From Candidatus Saccharimonadota bacterium (lineage in GTDB: Bacteria; Patescibacteriota; Saccharimonadia; Saccharimonadales; Saccharimonadaceae): DNA of 64,000 bases. Of this stretch, positions 52,722-61,509 are shown one piece after another. The DNA is taken from the NCBI GenBank assembly GCA_017556795.1, contig JAFYLZ010000001.1, positions 55,499 to 119,498 of the forward strand. The letters run 5' to 3'. The notes beneath the pieces were generated by a model. It saw nothing but the letters and a program-made list of their open reading frames with translations. It was not told where the DNA came from and did not search any database. How positions within the stretch are numbered: position 1 is the stretch's first letter; each line of letters opens with the position of its first letter. The translations under genes were made by a program, and so were the position numbers.

Positions 52722-55337
52722 TTATTTAATCACTTCGAGTTCGGCCTTGAGACGCTTAATCAAAGCGCTCTTTTCCTCAATGCCGTTACGGGTCTCACGC
52801 ACGAGCTCGGCCGGAGCCTTATCTACATAGCGTGGATTCATCATACGAGCGTTAAGGGCATCAAGTTCACGACCAACCGCCAAGATCCTCTCGGTCAAAG
52901 CCTCCTTATAATCAGCTACTACGTTTTCTGGCACATCCAGATATAGTTCGTGGTTGGCTAGAGCCAAGCGAATACCTTTTGGCGTACCGTTGCAGGCCGC
53001 AATCGAAGGCACACCCGAAAGACGCTTCACGAGCAGGGCATTATCCTCGACCAAGCCATCGTCGCCATAGAGAAGAGGCCACTTTTTGCCGCCTGGAATC
53101 GCCTGTAAGGTGCCTCTCACTTCAACTACGATATCCATAAGCTTTTCGAACGAAACAGCCGAAATTGGGTCAAATTTGAGCTTAGAAGGCCATTTTTGAT
53201 TGACGATCATACCCTCCGTCCACGACAAGTTCTGCCAAATCGCTTCCGTCACAAATGGTGCGAATGGATGAAGCATGATGAGAACGTTCTCAAGCGTCTT
53301 CTTCAACAGGTTGACATTGCGATAAATCTTCTGGCTTTCGATAAACCAGTCTGCGTACTTATCCCAAATCGTCGAGTAGAGAACTTCCACCGCTTCAGCA
53401 AAGCGATAGTCTTTGATCGAATGTTCTACCTGTTCTTTACAGTTGTTAAGTTCGCGACAAATCCAGTCTTCGCCCATATTCTCGGTCTTGTAGCTACCGC
53501 CTTCGTCGTCGGCTTCGTCCACCATAGACTGTACGTAACGAGAGATATTCCAGAGCTTATTACAAAGATTACGACCCGAAATCACTGAATTCTCAGAGAA
53601 GGCCTGGTTCATACCAGCCGAACGACCGCGCAAGATACCGAGCCTAAAGGCGTCTGAACCATACTTCGCAATCATATCCATTGGGTTAATCACATTACCC
53701 TTGGACTTAGACATCTTCTTGCCATGCGCATCAAGCACTAAGCCGTGCAAGTAGACTTCTTTAAACGGCACTTCGCCGGTCACATAGACGCCCATCATAA
53801 TCATGCGGGCTACCCAGGCAAAGAGAATGTCGGCTGCAGTTTCCATCACATTCAACGGATAGTAAGGATTCTCGTTCTCCTCGCTCCAGTCTGTACAAAC
53901 AATTGGCCAATGCGAAGAAGAGAACCACGTATCAAAGGTGTCCTCGTCACGCTCATACTTTACGCCGTTCACTTCGATCGTTTTGAGGTTAGTACGAGAA
54001 TCAAAGATCCAATCTGGTTCATCCGTAGCAGTATCGTCAACCTTCTTAAACATTGGAATAGCGATACCCCAAGGAATCTGACGTGAAATATTCCAGTCTT
54101 TCAAATTCTCAAGGTAGTTAATCAAAACTTTGCCCTTGCTCTCTGGATGGAACTTGATTTCGCCTTTCTCAAGGTGCTTAATAGCTTCACCAGCCAAAGT
54201 CTTCACGTCGATAAACCACTGCTCCTTCAGCATCGGCTCAATCACTGTACCACACTTGTAGCAGTGTGCCACCGAGTGGTTAATCTTCTTCTCGCCGCGG
54301 AGCAAACCAGCGGCATCCAAATCCTTCAAAACTTCTTTACGACACTTGTCAGTTGGAAGACCAGCGTATTTCTCTGGCACATTCACCATCACGCCCTCTT
54401 CGGAAATCACCTGGATACGTGGCAAATTATGACGTTCACCAACTTCGAAATCATCGAAATCGTGTGCTGGCGTAATCTTCACTACACCGGTGCCATATTC
54501 TGGGTCAGCGTGTTCATCGGCCACCACTGGAATCTCACGATCGGTCAAAGGCAAGCGTACCATCTTGCCGACGAGGTCAGCGTAGCGCTTGTCGTTTGGG
54601 TTAACCGCCACAGCAGTATCGCCAAACAACGTCTCTGGACGAGTCGTCGAAACTACCAATTCGCCGCCATCATACGTATAGGCAATATCCCAGAGCATAC
54701 CGTCTTCGTCGACGTGCTCCACCTCGATATCAGCAAAAGCCGTGCGGTGTTTTGGACAATAGTTCACAAGTTTCTCGCCGCGATAGATGATACCGTCGTT
54801 CCACATTTTCTCAAAAGTTTTATAGGTGCGGCTCACCACGTTTTCGTCAAGCGTAAAGGTCAAATCCTTCCAAGAACAAGAAGCGCCAAGTGCGCGAATC
54901 TGAAGCTCCATGTTGCCACGTTGCTCAGCCACGAAATCCCACACCCTAGCGTAAAGCTCGTCACGAGAGAATTCAAAACGTGTATGACCATCTTTTTCGA
55001 GGTTGCGTTCATACACTACCCAAGTTTCAAAACCGGCGTGATCTGCACCTGGCACATACCAAGTCGAACGACCCCTCAAGCGATAGTAACGCGTCAAAGC
55101 GTCTTCAATGCCAATCGTCAAACCGTGGCCAATGTGCAAATTACCGTTTGCGTTCGGTGGTGGCATCACGATAGAATAGGTCTTTGGCGAACCATCTTCG
55201 GTGCGATCGTCTAGACCATCAGCGTCATCATCAACTGGAATGCTTGCAATTTGCGGTGCAAAAACTCCGCTCGATTCCCAAGCGGCATAAATCTCTGCTT
55301 CAAACTCCCCCGGCTCATAGCTACTCGTGAATTTCAT
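52722..55337 (-). CDS. valS: Valine-tRNA ligase
   Basis: PPPNANGNLHIGH, STTRPETLFGD, DWNISRQIPWG, DTFDTWFSS, KMSKSKGN. Confidence 0.97.
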   Translation of the reverse strand: MKFTSSYEPGEFEAEIYAAWESSGVFAPQIASIPVDDDADGLDDRTEDGSPKTYSIVMPPPNANGNLHIGHGLTIGIEDALTRYYRLRGRSTWYVPGADHAGFETWVVYERNLEKDGHTRFEFSRDELYARVWDFVAEQRGNMELQIRALGASCSWKDLTFTLDENVVSRTYKTFEKMWNDGIIYRGEKLVNYCPKHRTAFADIEVEHVDEDGMLWDIAYTYDGGELVVSTTRPETLFGDTAVAVNPNDKRYADLVGKMVRLPLTDREIPVVADEHADPEYGTGVVKITPAHDFDDFEVGERHNLPRIQVISEEGVMVNVPEKYAGLPTDKCRKEVLKDLDAAGLLRGEKKINHSVAHCYKCGTVIEPMLKEQWFIDVKTLAGEAIKHLEKGEIKFHPESKGKVLINYLENLKDWNISRQIPWGIAIPMFKKVDDTATDEPDWIFDSRTNLKTIEVNGVKYERDEDTFDTWFSSSHWPIVCTDWSEENENPYYPLNVMETAADILFAWVARMIMMGVYVTGEVPFKEVYLHGLVLDAHGKKMSKSKGNVINPMDMIAKYGSDAFRLGILRGRSAGMNQAFSENSVISGRNLCNKLWNISRYVQSMVDEADDEGGSYKTENMGEDWICRELNNCKEQVEHSIKDYRFAEAVEVLYSTIWDKYADWFIESQKIYRNVNLLKKTLENVLIMLHPFAPFVTEAIWQNLSWTEGMIVNQKWPSKLKFDPISAVSFEKLMDIVVEVRGTLQAIPGGKKWPLLYGDDGLVEDNALLVKRLSGVPSIAACNGTPKGIRLALANHELYLDVPENVVADYKEALTERILAVGRELDALNARMMNPRYVDKAPAELVRETRNGIEEKSALIKRLKAELEVIK

Positions 55338-55726
55338 AGAGCTCCTCCCTCTTTAAATGCTATTTTTGTACGAATTTCTTCCATTTCTTCGGCTGGCAAT
55401 TCCAACGTTTTGCCGTATTCCCAAGCCTCGTCAAGCGGCATTAAGTGAATATGCGCGTGCGGCACATCGGTTCCTACCACTTTCCAGATAATGCGAGCGC
55501 CCAGCACGTCTTCCATATGGCGCGCAATCTTCTTGGCCGCTGCCATCAAAGCGGCATAATTCTCGTCGTCGAGATCATAAATCTTATCAATTTCTACTTT
55601 CGGAATGACCAACGTGTGGCCTTTTGTCTCTGGGTGAATATCGAGAAACGCCAAGACCTTGTCGTCTTCATAAACCTTGTAGCAAGGGATTTCTCCCGCT
55701 ACGATTTTTGCAAAAACACTACTCAA
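55334..55726 (-). CDS. HIT family protein
   Basis: FAKIVAGEIP, AFLDIHP, GHTLVIPK, HAHIH. Confidence 0.93.
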   Translation of the reverse strand: MSSVFAKIVAGEIPCYKVYEDDKVLAFLDIHPETKGHTLVIPKVEIDKIYDLDDENYAALMAAAKKIARHMEDVLGARIIWKVVGTDVPHAHIHLMPLDEAWEYGKTLELPAEEMEEIRTKIAFKEGGAL

Positions 55727-56252
55727 CTTTGCGCTCCTTCATCATCTTTAACACACCGCCGTAGACCAAGGCGAGATCAAATCCAAAAATCACACCAGCT
55801 AGCGCATCCGTTGCCCAGTGCATACCAGAAGCCACGCGGCCAAATGCCATCACCAAGATTACGGCAATTAATGCGATATCAATCAACACACGCAATTTAC
55901 GGGATTTAATGTATTTTGGCAAAGCAAAGACCAGCATACCGAGCACCGTCGTCGTGATCAGTGCATGAGTAGAAGGGAAGGAAGGCTCTGCTAGTCCGTT
56001 GACGAGAACTGGACGATAGTTCAAAATCCAAACCTTTTCAAAGACGTAGTAAATCACGGCTACTAGTGCCAAACTTGGGATCATTGCAGTTAGCTCTGCA
56101 TCAACCGCCTTCAGACTGCGGCGCTTAATCAGCTGCACCAGCCCACAAACGGCCAGCACTGCTACCAGTGCCAACACCCCAATTAATAAAATATCTGTGA
56201 TAGTTTTCCAGGTTTGATTAAACCCAAAGAATTCAAAAATTGCGTCGTTCAT
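55719..56252 (-). CDS. PAP2-family phosphatase
   Basis: YRP, SFPSTHA, GRVASGMHWATD; start 6 nt after TTGTATAAT. Confidence 0.88.
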   Translation of the reverse strand: MNDAIFEFFGFNQTWKTITDILLIGVLALVAVLAVCGLVQLIKRRSLKAVDAELTAMIPSLALVAVIYYVFEKVWILNYRPVLVNGLAEPSFPSTHALITTTVLGMLVFALPKYIKSRKLRVLIDIALIAVILVMAFGRVASGMHWATDALAGVIFGFDLALVYGGVLKMMKERKVE

Positions 56253-56273
56253 ACCCCCATTATACAACAGAAA

Positions 56274-57968
56274 CTAATCTTTTAAACTTTTCACGAAATC
56301 ATAGAAAAGCGGATGCACGTGTAGTGGCCTAGATTTGAACTCCGGATGTGCCTGCGTCGCCACAAAGAACTTACAGCCTGGCGCCTCTACGAACTCCACC
56401 AATTTCTTGTCTGGAGAAGTGCCGGAGACAATAAGTCCGCCTTTTTTAATCTCTGGCAAATATGCTTGATTTACTTCATAACGATGGCGGTGCCTTTCAA
56501 TCACCTTCACATCGCCGCTCTTCATCACCTCTGTGCCGTACACATATTCGCCACAATTCTCGACTTCATTACGATAAATCTCAGCCGTCTTGGTCCCGCG
56601 CTTCAAAGTAGCCGGATAATCGCCGAGCCTCATCGTGCCACCGGTCGATTCTTTGCCTTCCTGACCAGGCATGATATAGATGACATTTTTAAAACCACGT
56701 GGCTTCACAAAATCTGCATCATTCAAAAATTCCTCGCTACCAGCCGCCTTCAAACCACCCCTACGAGCCGCTGCGATACAAGCCGCTTGAAGACCCAAGC
56801 AAAGACCCAGATAAGGTTTGTCATTCTCAAGACAATAGGTTGCTGCAGCAATTTTGCCTTCCACTCCGCGCAGACCAAATCCGCCCGGCACCACTACGCC
56901 ATCCATCTCGGACAAAGTCTGCATCGCTTCAGCATAAGCATCCGCACCCTTGCGCCCCAAATCTTCGGCATTGATCCAGTTAATTTCTAAATTCACCTTG
57001 TTGTGTGCTGCGGCAGCCTTCAAAGCCTCCGTCACACAAATGTAAGTATCGTCATTGCCGACATATTTTGCCACCAAGCCGACCTTCACGGTCTTGTCAT
57101 GTTTCGTCGAGCTAAGCTCAGAGAACTTCAGCCACTTAGACATGTCTGGCTCGGAATCATCATCCATAAAATCATTCAAAATCCTTAGCACCCCTGATTT
57201 CAAAACATTAAATGGCACATCGTAGACCGAATCAATGTCTGGCAAATTCACCACCGCATCACCAGAAATACCAGAGAACGCTGCAATTTTTTCACAAATC
57301 GCCCTCGAGCATGGTTTCTCGGTCCTCACACAAACAATATCCGGAATAATACCAAAACCACGCAAATCCTTTAGAGCGTTCTGCGCTGGCTTCGTTTTTA
57401 GCTCTTTGCTCGTATTGATAAACGGCACATAAACCACAGACAGATACAAACAATTATGGCGGCCAACTTTGTTGGCAAAAAGCCTAATTGCCTCGATAAA
57501 CGGCAAACCTTCGTAGTCGCCCACCGTACCACCAATTTCTACGATATGCACATCCGAATTAGCACTCGCTTTCTCGATCTTTTCCATCACGAGGTTAGTA
57601 AAATGCGGCACCAGCTGCACGGTCTTCCCATGAAAACCGCCACTGCGTTCTTTCTCAATCAATTCCTTATAAATTCCACCAGAGAGCGTAATCGAATATT
57701 TTGAAGTTTCAAAATCCAAAAATCTTTCATAATGCCCAAGGTCGAGATCCGTCTCCACCCCATCATGCGTCACATAACATTCGCCATGTTCCACTGGATT
57801 CAAAAGGCCCGCATCCACGTTGAGATACGGGTCACATTTTTGCATTGTCACACGATAGCCTTTTGCTTTAAGAATTGCACCCATGCTTGCGGCGGTAATT
57901 CCTTTACCGACCCCAGACAAAACCCCACCAGTTACAAACAGATATTTACATTTTTTGGTCTTAGCCAC
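56274..57968 (-). CDS. pyrG: CTP synthase
   Basis: GGVLSGVGKG, KCDPYLNVD, EIGGTVGD, GLCLG, HRHRYEV, QAHPEF; GTG start after AAGGAGGTG. Confidence 0.96.
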   Translation of the reverse strand: MAKTKKCKYLFVTGGVLSGVGKGITAASMGAILKAKGYRVTMQKCDPYLNVDAGLLNPVEHGECYVTHDGVETDLDLGHYERFLDFETSKYSITLSGGIYKELIEKERSGGFHGKTVQLVPHFTNLVMEKIEKASANSDVHIVEIGGTVGDYEGLPFIEAIRLFANKVGRHNCLYLSVVYVPFINTSKELKTKPAQNALKDLRGFGIIPDIVCVRTEKPCSRAICEKIAAFSGISGDAVVNLPDIDSVYDVPFNVLKSGVLRILNDFMDDDSEPDMSKWLKFSELSSTKHDKTVKVGLVAKYVGNDDTYICVTEALKAAAAHNKVNLEINWINAEDLGRKGADAYAEAMQTLSEMDGVVVPGGFGLRGVEGKIAAATYCLENDKPYLGLCLGLQAACIAAARRGGLKAAGSEEFLNDADFVKPRGFKNVIYIMPGQEGKESTGGTMRLGDYPATLKRGTKTAEIYRNEVENCGEYVYGTEVMKSGDVKVIERHRHRYEVNQAYLPEIKKGGLIVSGTSPDKKLVEFVEAPGCKFFVATQAHPEFKSRPLHVHPLFYDFVKSLKD

Positions 57969-57991
57969 TGGGCACCTCCTTTTAAGCAACA

Positions 57992-58079
57992 TGGCGGAAG
58001 CGAGAGGATTCGAACCTCCGAGACATTTCTGCCCACACGATTTCGAGTCGTGCGCCTTCAACCACTCGGCCACGCTTCC
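57992..58079 (-). tRNA. tRNA-Ser(CGA)
   Basis: GGAAGCG/CGCTTCC acceptor, CACGA-CTCGAAA-TCGTG anticodon arm, long variable arm, CCA. Confidence 0.95.
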
Positions 58080-58190
58080 ACCCACTATTTTACCACACCC
58101 ACCCCCTTTTGCCCGAGAAATTGGTCTTTTATTTTTTAAAAAATATGCTATAATGACTCTGTCATCTTTTTGATGATGCTCATTTAATTT

Positions 58191-59858
58191 CTAGGTGGAT
58201 GTTTTTGTCTGGAGCGATCCAGGAAGATATCCACATATGCACCCGTAGCTCAGCTGGATAGAGCGTTTGCTTGCGGAGCAAAAGGTCGTAGGTTCGAATC
58301 CTGTCGGGTGTACCATAGGGGAGTCAGAGTCATTCTCGGACTCTTTTTTGTTGTTCATAACAGAGTAAAGGATGCTCAAATCTTCCGTTCCAAATTTTCG
58401 CTCTAAAATGTCATAGTGAAGCCCGTTCGGAAAAAGGATGTTTTGGAATGCTTGGCGAGCTTCCAATGGTGAATCCTTCCACATTTTGGCTGGCGTAGTG
58501 ATAAAGTTACAGACATACTCGATTGTATTCTCATTAAGCCTTTGGACACGCTCATATTTGTCTATAGCGGCCTCATATTCGCTTCTTTTGCTCCTTAAAT
58601 CCTTCGAGAAGCGTTCTTTCTCTTCGTAGCTTATTTTCTCATCAAGAAAAGCATCTAGGGTCTTATTTAGCTTTGAATCTATTTCTGATATCTCTTTTCT
58701 GCATTTGGCTAGATCTTTATTTGTGTCGGCTAGCTTTCGTGAAGCAGTTCGCTTAATAATTTCTTTAAAAAGCTTCACCGTACTTTCTTTTGGAGTTATT
58801 TCATTAAGGAATTCGATAAATGATTCATGAAGCTCGGATATAGAGATTGAGCCATGTCCTTTTGTAGTGCAATGATATCTAGGCGACTTCTTGCCACTAC
58901 CGTTGACTGGAGCGCTGGCTCTAATCGGCATGCCACACTTACTACAAATCAAAGTTCGTTTAAGTGGGTACATGTTGTTATCACTTGGTATGAGGACTCG
59001 TTTTTCGCCATTTAGAATGCGCTGATTCTTATTGTAGATATCTAATGAAACAATTCCATCAAAATCATAGAGCTTAACTAATTCGCCATCGAGAGTCCTT
59101 TTAGATGAATTGTAGCCTGCGTATGCCGTTTGGGTGAGTATTCTGTGTATAGTTTTGATGTCGAACGATTTTCCGTTCTTATTAGTAATTTCTAACTTTT
59201 GAGATAAGCGTACTAAATCTGCTTCGCCAATATCTCCCTCGGAAAACCTTCGTATAAGGAATGCTATTTTGTCGCCAATATCATTCGTATAGTCTTTTTC
59301 TAGCGTATTGTGATATCTGCGCCCACGGCTCGTATCGCCAACATAGACACGCTTGAGTTTTAGCCCGACAGGAGCTTGCGACATCCACCATCCTTCTTTG
59401 GACAGGAATCCCATGTTGTCTTTTACAATTCTGCCTTTGTTTTTATTTTCACGCTGCCATAAAGCAAGGTTGATATACATCATCATCTCGCCTTCTGGTG
59501 AATTATCGATTGTTTCCTGAGTAGAGAGTAGTGTTACGCCACACTTAATCATTCTCCCCATGATGTCTTTAACAAAAGACGGGATATCTCTGGATATTCT
59601 GCTCAAGTTATAAACGATAATATGGTCGATTTTGCCACGATTTGCTTCGATGTCGCTGAGCATTTGTTTTAGCTGAGGTCTGTTTGCTGTTTTGGCAGAG
59701 AAACCACCATCCGTATACCATCCAACGATTTCTATATTGTTTCTATTGGCATAATCCCGAATGATTCTTTGTTGGTTTTCCAATGAAGCGCCATCGACTT
59801 GCTCATCAGTCGAGACACGAGTGTATCCGTATGCGCTTCGTTTTATGCCGTCGTTCAT
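58191..59858 (-). CDS. Large serine recombinase (resolvase + recombinase + Zn-ribbon/coiled coil)
   Basis: AYGYTRVSTDEQ, DGGFSA, RPQL..ML, NLSRISR, CSKCG...RYHC; the last ~41 codons overlap the tRNA and its leader in antisense. Confidence 0.93.
   Translation of the reverse strand: MNDGIKRSAYGYTRVSTDEQVDGASLENQQRIIRDYANRNNIEIVGWYTDGGFSAKTANRPQLKQMLSDIEANRGKIDHIIVYNLSRISRDIPSFVKDIMGRMIKCGVTLLSTQETIDNSPEGEMMMYINLALWQRENKNKGRIVKDNMGFLSKEGWWMSQAPVGLKLKRVYVGDTSRGRRYHNTLEKDYTNDIGDKIAFLIRRFSEGDIGEADLVRLSQKLEITNKNGKSFDIKTIHRILTQTAYAGYNSSKRTLDGELVKLYDFDGIVSLDIYNKNQRILNGEKRVLIPSDNNMYPLKRTLICSKCGMPIRASAPVNGSGKKSPRYHCTTKGHGSISISELHESFIEFLNEITPKESTVKLFKEIIKRTASRKLADTNKDLAKCRKEISEIDSKLNKTLDAFLDEKISYEEKERFSKDLRSKRSEYEAAIDKYERVQRLNENTIEYVCNFITTPAKMWKDSPLEARQAFQNILFPNGLHYDILERKFGTEDLSILYSVMNNKKESENDSDSPMVHPTGFEPTTFCSASKRSIQLSYGCICGYLPGSLQTKTST
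58239..58315 (+). tRNA. tRNA-Arg(GCG)
   Basis: GCACCCG/CGGGTGT acceptor, TTTGC-TTGCGGA-GCAAA anticodon arm, GTTCGAATC, CCA; TGCTATAAT at 58146-58154. Confidence 0.95.
58321..58349 (+). terminator. Terminator for tRNA-Arg, encoded within the recombinase CDS
   Basis: gagtc.gag-tcatt-ctc.gactc followed by tttttt. Confidence 0.55.
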
Positions 59859-59864
59859 TACCTA

Positions 59865-60089
59865 CTATTGTACCGCCATTATGTTATTTGGAACGAATTC
59901 TTCGGACAATAATACATCTGCAAGCTTACTCATTATGCCAATTACTTCCATTAGGTCTGCATCGGAAAGACTTTCGGAAACTTCTTTGCCCAATATCTTT
60001 CGGGCTTCCTTAACTGAAATGATTGCTTTGTCGGAACATAAAAAGCCATCATATTTCTTGGCGGCCTTTCTTTGCTTAATCCCTAACAA
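59865..60089 (-). CDS. Small protein upstream of the recombinase (possible directionality factor)
   Basis: TTG start after AGGAG; ISVKEARKILG...LSDADL helix pattern; stop 6 nt before the recombinase ATG. Confidence 0.65.
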   Translation of the reverse strand: MLGIKQRKAAKKYDGFLCSDKAIISVKEARKILGKEVSESLSDADLMEVIGIMSKLADVLLSEEFVPNNIMAVQ

Positions 60090-60113
60090 ATCAATCTCCT
60101 ATACTTTAGCAAT

Positions 60114-60149
60114 AAAAAAGCGCCCGATCTACTTTTGTAGATGAGCGCT
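60114..60149 (-). terminator. Terminator/attenuator-like hairpin in the recombinase operon leader
   Basis: agcgc..atctac-aaaa-gtagat..gcgct plus T6 on minus, between TATAAT (60165-60170) and the SD (60096-60100). Confidence 0.6.
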
Positions 60150-60372
60150 ATTGATATTACTTAAATTATACCGCTTATAGTATAAAAGAGAAGATTTCCG
60201 TAAGCATTTCTAAGCAATCAACCGATTTGCTTTTTCTGTAGTTTATTGCACTAAACCGAGTATCTTCCGAGTTCTTAAGGGGTAGAATGCTGTTATTTTT
60301 ACAACACTTTTTCACCAGATTTCTTCCACATTTTAAGGAGGAAAAACGCTGTAATTTTTACAGCATAAAAAC

Positions 60373-60422
60373 AAAAAATAGGCTAAATTTGTTAGATTGC
60401 CTCTGAACTAACTTAGCCTATT
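60373..60422 (-). terminator. Terminator of the R-M operon
   Basis: aataggctaa/ttagcctatt and gttag/ctaac stems, then a T-run on minus. Confidence 0.6.
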
Positions 60423-60450
60423 AAAATTATATTACAATAACACTTTTCCC

Positions 60451-61509
60451 TCAATGTATGAAGCGGACATCTAGGTTCAAATTAAAGAATAACTCGTCGC
60501 CTTGCCTATATAGCGTGCCAAATTTATGACGACTAGTGGATGCTGTTTCGAATCTCGTATTATTAATTAAATAATCTTTAAATTCATCCATATCGTATAG
60601 AGTAAAGCAAACAAGGTTCCCGTCATCTTTTACGAAAATGCAGCCGCCTCCAAGCTCTGAGCCATCCCACTCCCTTGTAGGAATCATTCCGAGCGTGATA
60701 TTGCTTAGGAAGTCTTTAACTTTCTTAGAAACAAACTCTGAAGACTTATCTTTAAAGAAGTCAGTATAAGTATCAATGAGATCTTTGACTGTTCTTGTGC
60801 CTTTGCCAGCAAAGAATATCATTAATAGACCACTTATGATTTCTGGTAAATTCGAATCCGTCATTTCTAGATTCTGTTGAAATGTCTGGTTCGTCATTCC
60901 GTGAAAAACAAATTCGCCATTATGTTCGAAAATGTATTGCATGCGGTCTTTAATTTTTGACCTTGTTGCTATGGCATTTACTTCGTCTATGTCGCCAGTA
61001 AAGCCTTCGACCTTATAAATAAAATTCGTTGATTCGCTAGCATTTAATAGAGTAGCTGGATTTCCGATTTGAGATTTTACAGAAAAACCTACTTGGCGTG
61101 CAATTTCTTCATGAGGCATTATTGAATAAGTTTCAACATCAGACTTCTCATACGATGTAGCCTTAAAATCATCAAGCATTAATTCTTCCATTGCTGATTC
61201 GCCAGAAGGAACATTGAAGCTTGCTCCAGAACCAGCAATAATCTCGTTGAGAATGCTAAGAATAAGCTCCTTGGATAAATTTGCCGATTTTACTAATTTG
61301 CCATTGTATAGAATTGCTACATCGCCATTATCTTTTCCATCGACTTCGTATTCGGAATTTCCAAGAATACTGCGCATTAAGAGCTTAAGTATTCTGATTT
61401 TTTGATTTGTAGGTTTTAAATCTTTATCGCAGACATCGATCATTTGGTCATAGAGCATTTTGCAAATAGCATATAACTCTGACCACTCGCCTTTATTGTA
61501 AGTCTTCAT
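60451..61509 (-). CDS. HpaII-family type II restriction endonuclease
   Basis: NKGEWSELYA, KSDV...GFSVKSQIGNPATLLNAS..TNF, LGMIPT..WDG, GGCIFVK, FETAST.RH.FG. Confidence 0.88.
   Translation of the reverse strand: MKTYNKGEWSELYAICKMLYDQMIDVCDKDLKPTNQKIRILKLLMRSILGNSEYEVDGKDNGDVAILYNGKLVKSANLSKELILSILNEIIAGSGASFNVPSGESAMEELMLDDFKATSYEKSDVETYSIMPHEEIARQVGFSVKSQIGNPATLLNASESTNFIYKVEGFTGDIDEVNAIATRSKIKDRMQYIFEHNGEFVFHGMTNQTFQQNLEMTDSNLPEIISGLLMIFFAGKGTRTVKDLIDTYTDFFKDKSSEFVSKKVKDFLSNITLGMIPTREWDGSELGGGCIFVKDDGNLVCFTLYDMDEFKDYLINNTRFETASTSRHKFGTLYRQGDELFFNLNLDVRFIH

Noticed and set aside
54147-55214. Long antisense ORFs (also 124-702, 13286-13999, 14511-15089, 53196-53588 and many shorter ones)
   Set aside because: They shadow well-supported genes on the opposite strand, have no family motifs and lack promoter or SD signals
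57969-58085. ORF-track N-terminal extension of pyrG
   Set aside because: It is a translation of tRNA-Ser; the real start is GTG 57968 after a strong SD
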